A stretch of DNA of 64,000 nucleotides from Convolutriloba macropyga (Eukaryota), in assembly GCF_964194025.1 (NCBI RefSeq), contig NC_134478.1, positions 15,376,001 to 15,440,000 of the forward strand, written 5' to 3'. The notes under the pieces are model-generated. The model worked only from the letters and a program-made list of their open reading frames with translations, was not told the origin of the DNA and made no database searches. A program made the position numbers and the translations under genes. The stretch's first letter is position 1. Every line of letters begins with the position of its first letter. Shown piece after piece: positions 37,827-51,273 of the stretch.

Positions 37827-38011
37827 TTTTAGGATTACACTTATTCATTAGAAAAGCAATTTTTGCTCACAAATTTCTTTATTAAGATATTTTCTAGATA
37901 AAGAATGTGTTCAAATGGAGAGACGGGTGTTCCTTTCTGATCCTCTAATATTTATTGCGGCTGTACTTGGAGGTAAATCATATATAAACCCTGACTAATG
38001 TTGTCTCTTAG

Positions 38012-38113
38012 GTGATGTTTCTGCTACTGGATGCTGCATATCGAAGGGTCACGTGGTTGATCGATGTGTCCTACGGAAATTGGGTTTTCGCAGTACAGAC
38101 AGCATCCAATCAG
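38012..38113 (+). CDS. REXO1: REXO1 exon 3
   Basis: GDVSATGCCISKGHVV..LGFRST matches the REXO1 pattern GC...HV...GFVKT; branch CTGACTAAT and acceptor CTCTTAG 38011; phase 1 at both ends. Confidence 0.8.
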
Positions 38114-38160
38114 GTTCTTTTTCGCCGCCTCATTTCCTTGCTTCTACATACAGCTTACTA

Positions 38161-40425
38161 ATAGCCGCCGTCAGCCTCTCAAACGGCTATTATTTAGGCG
38201 CTCTCCTTTTTTTACAATTCAAAGAATTTGAATTGTATTGGGGCACTGTCTTTTTATTGCGACTCGAAGAGGAGTACTGGAGAAGTCCTTTTTTTAATCA
38301 ATTTTATAGGAGTGAATTTTGAAGCACGAAATGAAACACGTGAAAAAATTGGAGTAATTTTGTTGAACAGAATGAAGAGTGGAGCGTAAAGAGAGTCGTT
38401 TTTTGTTCATATCGCTGTTTTCTAGAGTGCGAGAAATAGCGGTCTGAAAAAAAATGTAAGCGAGCGAAATTTTTTGTTCACGTGCGGCATTTTAAAGCAG
38501 TTTTTTTTAAATTTTTTTGGTTATGAGGTTTGGTTATGATATTGTTTTAATTTTAGAAGATTTTGGTAATGGTTTTAAGGTTTCTGGAAATTCATATGAA
38601 TTTTATGCTAATTAGGAGGTCTTTCATGTATTTTGCTGATTTTTGGGCTAATTGTTGGGATTTTTTGACGATTGTTCTGCTTTCCTGTCTCAAATGGGTA
38701 TTGAAACGACCCCTATTACTTGAGAAAATTTTAGATAACAAGTGGTTTCAGTGTTGTGGATATGAATCATTTTTTTGTTGAGAAATATGACAAAAATAGC
38801 GAGAATTGAAACTATTTTTCTTATTTTTTTTTTTAGAATTTTTCGTTTTTTTGTTTCTTAGACAAGTTTCTTATAATGACTTGCCTATTGTTTTCGAGCA
38901 TCTGGATACCCTATGGGCTGAAAGGAATTTTTCTTTGGATTTGTGTGCTTTTGTAATTTTGAAAAATTTATTAACTATTTCCAGTTTTTTAGTCCAAGTT
39001 GTTTTTAAGAGCTTATTTTTTCATGATTTAGGCTTCATTTATTTAAAAAAATCTCATAAGTGCTTTTAGTAGGTACTAGTTGTTTTGATGAAGTAGTTTT
39101 GGCAGAGATAGTTATTTCGGGATCTCAATTTATGACAAAATTTGAATAGATTTTTTTAATCATATTTTAACAGATTTGGTTTTCTTATTTTAACTTTTTT
39201 GTTTTATGTTTTTGTTTCAAGATAATCATAAATTAGTAGAGGCACGTTTTGTCTGATGGGTAGTTGGATGGCAACTCAGTGGACTTCCACTTCGAGTCGT
39301 TTCCGGAATTCTTCCGGCTAAGTTTAGTTTCTAAGATCTGTTCACACATTTTCATTATTTTTGAAGTCACATTGGAGCAGTGATTTTGGTCACGCCGAAA
39401 CAGGAAGTACAGCGAAACAGCGAATGGTTCTTCGCCATGAATTTTTTTTTAAATTTTAATGTGAGAAAACGGTGATTCAACAAAAATTCGCTTTCTCGCT
39501 AGTGGTTTTTTGTTCACATGCGGCAATTTCACTTTGATTTTTACTGTTTTTTCCATTCTGTGGATCCGTTTTTTCTAAAAAGGTTTTCCTAATTTGTTCT
39601 GAGTTCATTCTAGGCCTAGTTTTTTGTTTGAACCAAATTTCTATTTCCCGCTAGTGGTGTTTTATTCACATGAGGCATTTTGACATTGATTTTCTGTTTT
39701 TTTTCTGATGTTTTTGGAAGGTTTTCTCAATTCTTTCTTAGTCCGTTCTAGGTCTGGTTTTTTTGTGTGAACCAAATTTCCATTTCTCGCTAGTGGTGTT
39801 TCGTTCACATTCGCCGTTTTGACATTGATTTACTGTTTTTAATCTGATCTTTATAAAAATGGTTTTCTCAATTCTTTCTTATTCCGTTCTAGGTCTAGTT
39901 TTTTTGTTTAATCAATGAAATCTCATTGAATTGTACGTCAGGACTTGTCCTGCTATGTTTTTTAATTCGCATTACCTTTTGATTGCGTTTTTCGTTTTAT
40001 TTCAGTCACGATTTTCACGTTTGAATTCTGACTTACTTCACTCACTGTTTCAACTGAATGGATTCTAAATTCTTTCAGGCATTGAATTACGCGATGCAGT
40101 GACTACGTTTAATGTCAAAAGAGCAAAATCAAAAGAAACGGGATAACTGATAGCCCGGGTGTTAAGCCATAGTGCATTAGGTTATCAAAGTTCATTAGAG
40201 CGATTGCTAGCTGATATTAGTATTAAGCTAAATAACCTTCAGTTTAGAAGCTGAAGTAAGTATAGGTTTAGAATCTAACTGAAACTGCACACTGAATTGG
40301 AATAATTTTTGAAACTTAGAAAATAATTTTGTCAATTTCAATCTTCTCTTTTTTCTTTCTGTTTCAATCCCGATGTGTGTCTAGCGCGTCAACGGCGGCT
40401 ATTTTCCGGCAATCTACCGGCTATG
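38161..40425 (+). mobile_element. Triple-nested Helentron/DINE-1-like elements in REXO1 intron 3 (38161-40425 > 38213-39957 > 38259-39322)
   Basis: subTIR pairs ATAGCCGCCGT/ACGGCGGCTAT, TACAATTCAA/TTGAATTGTA and GCGACTCGAA/TTCGAGTCGT, each with a 3' hairpin and CTA(T/A)G. Confidence 0.8.
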
Positions 40426-40732
40426 TTATTATAGGGGTCATTTCATAGAAAGAGGTTATTTCATAGTAATAAAATTTTAATAGGCCGTTTATTAAGGTCA
40501 TTGAAGTAACAATGAAGTCAACATACACTGAAGGCAGAGAATTATAACCAAAAAACTTCGAACATCACTTTTTTTAACAAATATTTAATCTGAAGTTTTT
40601 TATCTCAAATTTTTGGTAAAAGTGCTAATATGAAATACCTGGGAACTCTCATTTTGTTTGTCGCCTGATGTTGTTTTACTCACGAAGTAAGGCGATGATC
40701 TTAAACGAAAATGAGATATAAACCTGATTCAG

Positions 40733-41301
40733 ATAAAGAAAAAGCCAAGAAGAAATCTGAGTGCAGAGAAGAATCTGATAAGAATTCCGAGCAGACTAAT
40801 TTTTCCAACTTAGCAGTGTACGCTCTTGACTGTGAAATGTGCTACACCACAATGGGCGTGGAACTAACCCGAGTTAGTATTGTCAATGACAAAGGAGAAG
40901 TTTGTTATGACAAATTAGTAAAGCCTCGCTTTCAAGTTGTCGATTATAACACACGATTCAGTGGAATTACAGAAGCCATGTTGAAAAATGTTTCGACCAA
41001 TCTGAAAATGGTTCAGAAAGATATTTTGAACTTGATAAGTGCTGATTCAATTCTTGTGGGACATTCGCTAGAAAGTGACATGTTTGCGTTGCAGTTGAGT
41101 CACGGGAAAGTAATCGATACGTCAGTTTTGTACCCCCACAAAATGGGGTTGCCCTACAAAAGGTCTCTGAAGAATTTGGCTCTGGATTATTTAGGCAGAA
41201 TTATCCAGGAAGACATAAATGGTCATGATAGTAACGAGGACGCAGAAACTTGTATGTCATTATTGAGATGTAAGATAAAATCAAATCCATTATATAAATA
41301 G
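40733..41301 (+). CDS. REXO1: REXO1 terminal exon, DEDDh exonuclease domain (acceptor at 40732 or 40813)
   Basis: [40 protein letters not shown]. Confidence 0.95.
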
Positions 41302-44300
41302 TTAGTGCTAAGTTATAAATCAGAGAAAAATGTCTCTTGCCTTCAAGTCTACTTCTATTTGGCTGTATTACATGTAAATATAGTGCATAAATATCATTTG
41401 TTAAACTGATGTTGTATTGTCTAATTTAGAATTCAGACAGGTGGGTGTTTTGAAAGTTCGCTGCAATTTTCCATTTAATGAGGTACAAATTTAGGACTCA
41501 AAGTCACAGTAATGCATTAGTAACAAGAAAATTCGTTCTTGTGTGCCTGACACAGAATGTTCCCACATTCGCATTTGAATGCGTAGCATATATATCAAAT
41601 CACTATATCGAAAATGATGTTTCAGAAATATTTGTTTTAGCAGCAAACATGTTTTTTATCCAGCTGCTACGAAAAAAGCTATTGATCTAAAGAAGTTTAG
41701 CTGAAGTTTGAAACAGAAACAACAGGGAAAAATATTTGGGTTCTGAGAGGAACCAAAAAACCTGAGTAATCTTGATTACGAAATACTTATTTGACCTTAA
41801 TTTATGTTAAATGTTATTAAAAGAGTTTTCCTAAAACGTGTTAAAACTCTACACGAACCCTTTAAGTTTCAATTTTCGATTGTTGACAAATTTGATTGAG
41901 CTTCATCAGTCTTTTTCAATAACTCTGCGAGAAATTAAGATTTTTTAAAAACAATTCTAAAGTCAAACTGATGGGCTCTGATTCACAGTTAACTGTTTTT
42001 CTTACTCTCTAATTTTCTCCGCAGGAAGGTTTAAGTCAAAGACAACGGTAAATGTGGCTCTAGAAGTTACAATAGTTTTAAAATTAATGTTTCCGTGCTT
42101 TATTGAGACAATCGAAGACGAACCCAACAATCATTAAGGAAACAGATGCACCATGTCCCTTGTAATCAGTGAAACCCTTTTCTTTTAAAGCTATTCGTAG
42201 CCGTAGCACTTTGTTTCAAATACAAAATACTGGAAAATGAAACAATTTTAAAATGTATGTTATAAATATTGGGATTATGTGGCTTATTTTATCACAGAGA
42301 CAATATTGTCTCATCTGTTCTTACGTTTTTTATTGCAACACCTTCTAAACGGTGTTTTCGTAAAACGAAGGAATTAAAGAGCACGTAGAAGTCGAAATGA
42401 TTTGACGCTGTTTTATAAACATGCGGCCAAAGCAGGTGAAACGAATCAATCTTTGAGAAATCACTAAACATAACAGGACAAGTCCTCGAATACAGTTCAA
42501 ACAAAAACAAAGAAATTGTAATTCCGGATAACTGATTGATTCCATGACGGCTGATGTGTTTTGTTAACGATAAAGCAAATGGTTTTCCAATTTAGAAAGA
42601 AAGGTTAAATATACTATTTGAAACCCTTGATTTCAAAGTAATCAAACATTTTTAATACCCAGATCGAGCTAAGAACCCTAACAATGTACCCATACAACAT
42701 AAAATTTATTCCAAAACATGCTAATTTTAATAGCTTTAAAAAGAAATTATTGATAGTTATAAAGCAGAAAAGCTGCATGTGAAACTGATATTACAAAGTA
42801 GCAGTAAATTTTATGCGATTTAAAAAAAGTAAAAGAGCACAGCTGTCTTCTTCATATCGTGAGAGGAAGTTTTGCTATGCAAGAAATCTGAATTAGTTAG
42901 ACAGTTTTTGTAGCTTATAAGCCTGGGAATTTAAATAAAGCTCTTTGAGGCAGCGTAAATTCTAGTAATTGTTTTATGCTGTAGTCTTTTTGTTAACAAT
43001 CCGAAAAGGAAAATAGCATTTTTATGTGAGAATCGTTTCTAAAAATATCGTAGTTCTTAAAAAATAACAGCACGTGACAGAACTATAAGCTACGCACAAG
43101 AAGGGTAAAAAGGTAGACCATATACAAAATTAAGGAGTATTTCAGACCTCTTTATTGTTTGTTCTGAAATTTGATCGAACAATTGATTTCCGAAATGTTT
43201 TAATTTGTTTAACTTTAAAAATCGAAAAAGCTTTCAATAACAAGAAGGAAAAAGAGCCACATAGAGAACACCGATCAGAGCGAAATTTAAAAAGAAATTT
43301 TTTTGTTTCGAAGAAACTGTCGTTTCGAAGCAGGCAACCTCCATTAGTAAATGAAATTGAAGGCACAAAAAACTGCCTCTTTTCAATGCGAACTGACATT
43401 GTTGATGATGATCGAGCAAGCCGCCAATATGGTACTATGAGTTGGAGAACTAGAATTAAATATCGACAAATTTTTTTCAGCAATTTTTCAAAAATTGATT
43501 AGATTAAAGTAATTCACACAATTGAAGCGCGCTGAGGGATAAAACTTCTTTCTTTTTAATAAAAAATCGTGAAGAAATAGGATATTGGAAAGGGGTAGCG
43601 CTAAAAGCAGCTGTCAAAGCACGACTCGTCCACAAAAACTCGCAAAATTCTGTTTCCCGTCTTCAAGCCTGACGGTTTTGTTACCTGTGCTGTCTGTGTT
43701 ACTATGTTCTGCTACCTGATGCGCACCCTAAAACCTGACTTACTATTTACCTCAAATTCATGAGAAATTTGAAGATTTCAAAGACCGCACCCAAAAACAA
43801 TCTAAATTATATAGAATTGGAACTCAAAAATAGCTGACTGAGTTTGTGGAGCTGCTCCTGACAACTCACATTCGTTGTTGTTCTAATGAATGACACAATA
43901 TGAGAAAAAGTTTTTTGGCATAAAAGGTGATCAACATTTTAAAAATGCCAAAAAGGTTATCTGATTTCCTTTTCAAATCTCAGTGTAGTCCAAAAATTTA
44001 CAGAATGCAGAACGGGTCATTGTTGATTGGTGTTCAGTCAGTTTTTCATGCGGACAAATTGCATTCTATCACTAAAATTTATAGATTATTTTATTTTTTC
44101 AGGTTCGATATGAAATGGCTTTATTCTTTTTTTTTATTTTTTCAAAAATTTTAAGCAAATAGAGAAATCTCTAATTTTCTCACGGTTTGTCGAGACTTAA
44201 ACAAAAATTTAGAGCGAACTGAAGAGGAAAAGTTTGTTTCAAACAGGTGAGGGACGGGTTGAGAATTCATAAATTGTGTAAAAATCTGCTGAGAATTTGT

Positions 44301-45403
44301 GGCAATTTTTCAACTAAAAAACGCAATTTCTTCTGTATTTGTGTACTTGATCAGCAGATATATGCTGATCAACGATACCTTCGAAAAAAACCCTCGCTGT
44401 CGTAAATAATTGAATTTTGGACAAAAGTATAGCTAAATTTTTTCAAAAGATAGTCTAAATTGCCTGAAATTGTGGCTAGAAAATGGTGAACTTTTTTTCC
44501 AAAGAAGCATAATTCCTAGTATTTCTTTGTTATGAAATTCTAGACGCAGAGAGCTTCAAATTGATACCACATATTAAATGACTAGCATAAAGTTCTTCCA
44601 TTTCTTTCCAAAAAAATGTGGAAACAATAAGGAAAATCTAGCAAGTTTATCCAGAAATAGTATTTAGTTTATTGGTTAGGTATCCGAGCGATGGAGGTTA
44701 GGCTAAACGTCAGTAAAGCGAAGTCACTAAGGCGATATTTGAACATGGCTCAGGATTTGATACCATACAACAAATGCACATGTCCAGACCGAAATTAAGG
44801 CATCATTCAAAATACATGGGCTGGATACATAAATGAGAAGTTGACATGACCACACAAAAGTTTCTTACAAGTCTTACCTTTCTTCTAAAATGTTTTTTTT
44901 TTGTTTTTCTCCGTCTGGGCGTGTTCTTAGGAAATGATGTTTTAGAACGCGCGATTATTATGGACGGGACAGAAGTCTGAAATCACACTTTCGGTCTCGC
45001 GAAAATTCTGTAATCGAGTTCTGTGTAAAATGTTTTTTGAGGCACACGTAAAACATTTCTCCCTCTAAAGCTGCTCCCCCTGTAAATTAAATTGCCCCCG
45101 CCTGTCGTTCCAGAGCAATTCATGCAATGTTGGTTGGTTTATGTTTAATATATCTAGCCAGCTAACCACACTAGCAACTAATTGCTCAGTTCCACTAATT
45201 ATTAAGTTCCCCAGTTATTAAATTTCAGTTATGTATTATTCTCTTTACTTATCTGCGTTATCAGTTCCAACTGAACTATTAATTTTTGGATTATTTTTGT
45301 TGAATTTTTTGGCTAATGTAATTTTTGATCTAATTTAGGTAATATGATAACTTTCTTCTTTTGTGCGATCACTTTTTTCCTATCTTTTCAAAGAGGTACT
45401 GTA

Positions 45404-48110
45404 GGTGCTAGTGCTAAGTACTATATTAAGCGAAGACTGAGCTATTGGTGCAATTTCCTTTCTTATAAAGTCTTTCAATTGGGGTTTTTGCTAAGTTCTA
45501 TCCCGAGCTCCGGTCCGCTAAAAAGGCTCTTTTTCTGCTACAAGATTTCTGTTCGAGTATTAAGGCAATCAATTAAACTGGAATGAGCAAAATCTACTTT
45601 GTGAATTTCAAAATGTTAAATGCGTGCTGTATAAATTTACAAAAGTGTTTTTTAACCAACCAAATTTTAGCATCGTCATATTACGGCTCTTTAGAAAAAG
45701 CGCAGGCGATTGGTTTCGAAATTTTTATCTTATGATTATCAACAGGTTGCTTAGCATGCGGCGCCTTATAGGCCTCGGTTAGTGGTCTTGTCAAAGTCAA
45801 GGGCTTTACTTAATGTGTTAAGTATAAATGGCCACCAGCAATAATAGTGGTTTGTTTTTATTGAGTTTTCCAGATCAAAATGCTTAAATTTTACTTTCTG
45901 TTAGCTCTGATTTGTTCTTTTAATTTCTCGTCTGATGTATGTGAAGCTTTCGTTGAGCTTTGTTGAGCTTTGTAACGCGACTGCTATATGATGGGAGAGG
46001 AATACTTCTTTCCGCGTTGTTTGGTCAAGTTGATGTGAGTTTCATGCCATTTCGGAGCCATATTTGTCCAGTTGATGAAGGAGATCGAAGATTTTTGCTG
46101 TGTTTTAATTCTGAATTTGGTAATGATGTTCGTGTTGGTCATGGCAGGCATAGTACGCGTGCAATAGAAGAATAGAAGCGTGAAAAGTTGTGGAATTGGT
46201 AGAGAAATAGTTAGAAATTTCGTATTACCATATGTCGTGACAGGATGTTCAGTTTCAGTTGTTCCTGACCGCCAGAAACTCTCCTTAGATGAGGCACATT
46301 GGGCTCCTCCGGTGTATCATAGTGGTTTTCCGTAAAAGGTGGAGATTGGTTGACTCGCCCTGCCAAACGTATCTTATCTGCATATATGTCTAGTATATAG
46401 GAGTTTCAGGAATCCCCTTTTTAATGAGCAGAGGAGCCCCCCGTCGAACGTTAAGAGTTGTGGGGGTCAGGCTGGTAGTTCATTTCGTGTGTAATGTTTT
46501 CTGTAGTGATAAGTTTAGTACTGATTAAATGAAGTGATGAGTGTTTTCTTTTTGCTGAGTAACGTTAAAGTAGGATGCATTTAAATTTGTATTAGTGTGA
46601 CAGTTGTTTGATAGACAGTTTGTTTGCATTTTTTTTTCAGCTTTAATGAAGCAGTGATCTGTCAAGCGGTGACATCTCCCGATAATAGGGTGAGCTGGTA
46701 TAAGTAATGAAGTAATTACCCTGTCTGGTTTGTGATATGACAGTAATGAAGTCCTAGGAGGAAAATTAAGTTGAGAACAGATTGATTGACCGCTCTATTG
46801 CTTTTGTTCGGATTAGGTTTTCTGCAAAGAGGTAACGTATTTTATCAACTATTGGATGTATTTATTTGAAATGTTGGGTATTGTACTCTATCAAAATCTG
46901 GACGCTAAAAGATTCGTTAATTATGACCAATGGTTTGTTTAGCATTGAAGAAGCTAGCAATAATGAGCGATATTTTTTTGTTTCATAGAAAATATCGTGC
47001 TTAGAACTACACGCCGTAGGCGAGATTTGCTAAATGAAATTACCGACTTCGGAAGCGAGTATTACGATCCGGAGAAAGTTATAAGTCTCGGGTGGAAAGA
47101 AGTAGAGACCGTGCTTGGGCGTTGTATTAATTGTTGGTACTCAATAAAGTTAAACGAAAAGTGAGAGTGGTGCTAGTCGGAGAGAATGGTTGGCCGAAAG
47201 TGCCATTAGCAATAATTAATGAAGGTATTGTTGGATTACAAGAAAGTTCAATAGAAGGGTTCCGGGGCTGTATAGATCGGGACGATTTGTACAATTAATT
47301 GTAATTTAAAGTTGGAGAATGGTGATAGCAGGTTATAACAAGAACTTGGGTCGTTTGATGGTTTGTGTAATTCAATGGGATGGACTTCTCGTGTGGATAT
47401 TTTGATGATTGGTGTTTTATGAATGGTGGTTTTTCTAATGTCAGGAGAGATGCAATGGTACAATGGAATGAGTGATAGACGGCGACACATTAAAATTGGG
47501 GGAATGATAGTATTTCAAAAACACCGTGTGGGAAAGTTGTTTCTGAAATGTGATAGTTATCAGACGTCAAGGGATTTTAATGTTGTTATGGGTGCTACGC
47601 AATTTTTTATGAAATTAATATCAATGAATTTTATTCAAGTGGTTTCGGAAAGGATATATGGTTTTTTATTCCCACAAAAGACAATGTGTTGTGTCAGCCA
47701 TCCTTGTGTGGGCAGGCTGTGTTAACTTTCACAAAAGGTGTATCGTTGTAACTGGATGGAAGGGGCGTGATCAATCAAATCAAGTTGTTGTCGATCGGAC
47801 TTTGGGATCGTTTGATTATGGTATGCGTAAAAGAGTGGTAGAAAATGTGTAATGTCGGATAATAAAAAGTCGGTAATAGATTGGGCTGAAGAAAGTGAAT
47901 TATCAACTGGTGGTGGTAGTGCTAAGTACTAAATTAACTGAAGATTGAGCTATCGGTGCAATTTCCTTCATAATAATCGCTTTCAATTGCGGTTTTCGCT
48001 AAGTTCTATTCCGAGCGCCGGTCCGGTAAAAACGATCTTTTTCTGCTGAATTTTTTTTATGCGAGTATTCCAGCAACCAACAGGACTGGAATGAGCAGCA
48101 AATACTTTTT
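45404..48110 (+). repeat. Two diverged ~200-bp direct repeats (45404-45600 and 47912-48110)
   Basis: TAGTGCTAAGTACTA..GAAGA.TGAGCTAT.GGTGCAATTTCC..CTAAGTTCTAT.CCGAGC.CCGGTCCG..CTGGAATGAGCA in both copies. Confidence 0.8.
45880..47900 (-). mobile_element. Decayed LINE (CR1/L2-group-like) ORF2 remnant
   Basis: Minus-strand remnants in the expected order: SD(H)-like endonuclease end, WLT, IVPIY, GFRP-like, FLGL and NTR-like C-terminus; no long ORF. Confidence 0.55.
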
Positions 48111-49449
48111 GAACGATAGTGTGTTTTTTATTTCTTAAAATTTTTCATCTTTGCACCCGAGGAGAATGATGAGCCCAATGATGCGTAAGTTTTTCAGTTT
48201 TTGCTTCGAAACTTTTTGTTTTCGAAATTCCCTGCGCACTCGTGTTTTTTAACCCGCGTTGTAACTCTCTACCCGGAGGTTGGTGGAAGAGCAAATTAGC
48301 GCTGAATCAGTCTAGAGGCATTCTCATTTCCTGGATGGCCATTACTCTGTTCATGTCTCAGTTTTCACTGGCTAGTCTTCATTTTTGAGTAAAATTTACT
48401 GCATAAAGAGTATGTTCAGCTTAACTCCCGCCAACAAGGTTTGCTTTATATGCGATTTGAACTTCCGCGTGGGTACTTGTAACATTTATTTTGCGTAACA
48501 AGTCGTGACCACTTAGCTAAATAGGCTTTGTGGTAATTGCCTGCAAACTGGCGTAAGTAAAAAGACTGTATACTACTATAGTAATTACCAGTTATAAGCT
48601 ACAACAATATTTCATTATTCTGCTCAGACTGAATTTTGGGGTATGAAAAATTTCGAGACTCTACATAGATAGATTTAGCCTGGGTGAACTCTATGACCTC
48701 AACATAATGTTAATGATGAAAATCTGCACATAAATATGCTTAAAATATTCTGGAGATGCAAAGTTTCAGAACTGAATTAAGTTTTTACTCTAGAAATGTG
48801 GTGGTTCAGCACTGAAATGCTCTGCGACTCAAGTCCGGGTAGATGAAAGCTAAATACCGACAGCCAGGCGTAATAGAACCGCAAAAGATGGACATCTTCT
48901 GAAACATTCTTCCTATTTAAATAAACGTAAATGTATTTATGCCTCTGATGCTCAAATTGTTTGCGGGAAAAGCCAAAAGAGCATGAGTCAGAAGATATAT
49001 TTCATGAGACGTTTCATTTTCCCTTAGACTTGAGGATGCTAAAAAGACTTGAGGGTGTTAATAAAGACTTGAGGATTCTCGATTTGAGGATGTTTATGAA
49101 ACTGCTTAGTTTTAACAATTATTAATACGGCTGATTACAATTTACTCGAAAAAAAAACAAGTTCGATATGCTGGAAGAAGCCAAATGATAAGACGTTGAT
49201 TCCACGTCAATGTAGAATTTTTCATCGACAAATTAAGGAAAAAAAGTTGTTTACTACCATTTTTAGAAATGTTGAATTTCCGTTGAATCCAATATATGTG
49301 CTGTACTGTGCTGTACAAGCAATAATGTGAAATAATGTTTTAAAATTATTGTTTTTTTAAGAAATTTCTTTTGTTCCGACCCACTGTAAATGGGAACTAT
49401 ATACTCGACTGGGGTTTTTTTTGTTGAGTCGATTTTCGCCGTTCGATAT

Positions 49450-50900
49450 ATTTCTTATACAGGATTGTGAGTGATATCATTCGAAAGCTTTTCAAGCGTA
49501 CGATTTCAAATTAAATAGATTTTTTTGGAATTTTTGATTTCTCCGAGGTGTTGCGGAGGTTTTAAGATTTGTGAACGTTAGCCTAACTTCCGTTGTTTTG
49601 TTCACATTTTTCGTAATTTTTGCTTTAACTTTGATCAACTTCCGCTGGATTGTCAAAAAAATGTTCACGATAGCCTCAATGATTTTATGTTTAAAGAAAG
49701 ATGAGAGTTGGTGAATAGCTTGAATTAAATGTTTTTGCAAAACTTTATGCTAAATTTTTGAAAACTCGGCATTTCTTTCTTTTTATCATAAAGATGGCAT
49801 TAAACACGCCTATTTGGCTCACTTTGTCTTGTTTGACCAGTCTACAGATATAAAAAATGATAGCACAAGTTATTATAAGTCTTAAAGTTATATTAGCCAT
49901 AAAGTCTTATAACGCTGTTTTATTATTTAAATGATTGGTTTTTAGCGTTGACACGAGTTTTCATAAATTTTTGTTTTCCATTTTTTCAATTTTTCAGTTT
50001 TTGAGTTTCTGTTTTGATGTCTTGTCCGATCATCACATTAATGGCACATTAATGTCAAGTTGCATATCAGATTGATAGCGTTGAAATCAGGCGCCATTGA
50101 TTATATTCCATATTGAATAGATTTGGTTCTTATAGGCCTCGACACCGTTTCCTCGCAAAATTGAATCGACTTTGATTTTCGCCCGTATTTGTTCTTTGTA
50201 ATCTTGTTACTTTCTAGAAAATGAAAGGTCCAATGTTTTGTATGAAGGTATAAATGAAGCCATTGAATGGTTCAGTTGATTGCTTATTGTTTTCATGCAC
50301 TTGAATTTAATTGTTTTCAACGTATTTTCTAACTTTGCCCTTTTGTGTTGTCTGTCTACTTGTTAATTATTCTCAATAAAGACAGGTCCCAAATCTTTTC
50401 TGGTCAAATGCAAGCCATTAAAAAATGGATAGAAATACAGTTTTGGTCGTAGGTAATACTTGTTTTTATTTTATTTGTTGTTTGTCTGGTCTCTTACTCT
50501 CCTTAATGGCAGTTATAATGAGCCTTCTAATGACTTATTGTTTCATTTGTATAGTGGTTAGAGCTCAAAATAATTTTTATGTATAAACCTATTATTTTTG
50601 AACAGTAAGTGATTTTTGAAAAGTTTTTCTCTCTCATTTGTGGACAATTAAATCAAAAACGTCGTTGAGCGGGGCCGGAACAATATGTGCAAACGCACAT
50701 TACAGAGCCTGATTGTTTAAAATGTGGAATAAAATTGTCAGCTAGATAGCACAAATTGTTACTGAGTATTTGTTGTTGCTACAACGTCAAATTAAATATA
50801 GATGGATTGCCATAATACTCGTTTGTTACTGCAGGCTGGGTAAGGTTTTGAAATTGGACGATATAATGTCAGTTTTAGAGAGATTAACCGTAATCAGCTA
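49450..50900 (-). mobile_element. Very decayed LINE-like remnant (esterase-type ORF1 followed by APE endonuclease)
   Basis: Minus strand NGLHLT (~50410, DxxH-like) and RGNGV..Y (~50145, RGGGV-like); fragmentary. Confidence 0.3.
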
Positions 50901-51273
50901 TATTTTCGAGAAATTTTGATTTTAAAGAGACGATCTGTTCATTCCGAAAAGGCCTAAATTCCTATGATTTTTTCAATAACTTTTTGAAAAAAGATTTCCA
51001 GATTTTTAATTGGAATTGGGTTTAGCAGGCAGAGAGCTTTAAAGATATACCGTGAAATAAGTTTAACTTGTCTGAAGAGAAAAGCCCATTTTTTAAGTTT
51101 AGGAACAATAATGGTTGCTATCGATTTTTACTCGACAATTGATTGCTCCTAAATAAGGAAGTCAAGAGCCGTTCTGAAGTTGCTTTCGTTGCCGAACCTA
51201 GCGTTCCTGGATATGTTTAAGCTACCGGTTGGAGTTGGTTTGTTCTCAAATCTGTTTTTCAGATGTAGTCAAT

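Noticed and set aside
33133-39069. Many Phe/Leu-rich, membrane-like short ORFs
   Set aside because: Arise from T-rich repeat bodies, with frames not conserved among copies; only 38012-38113 is a real exon
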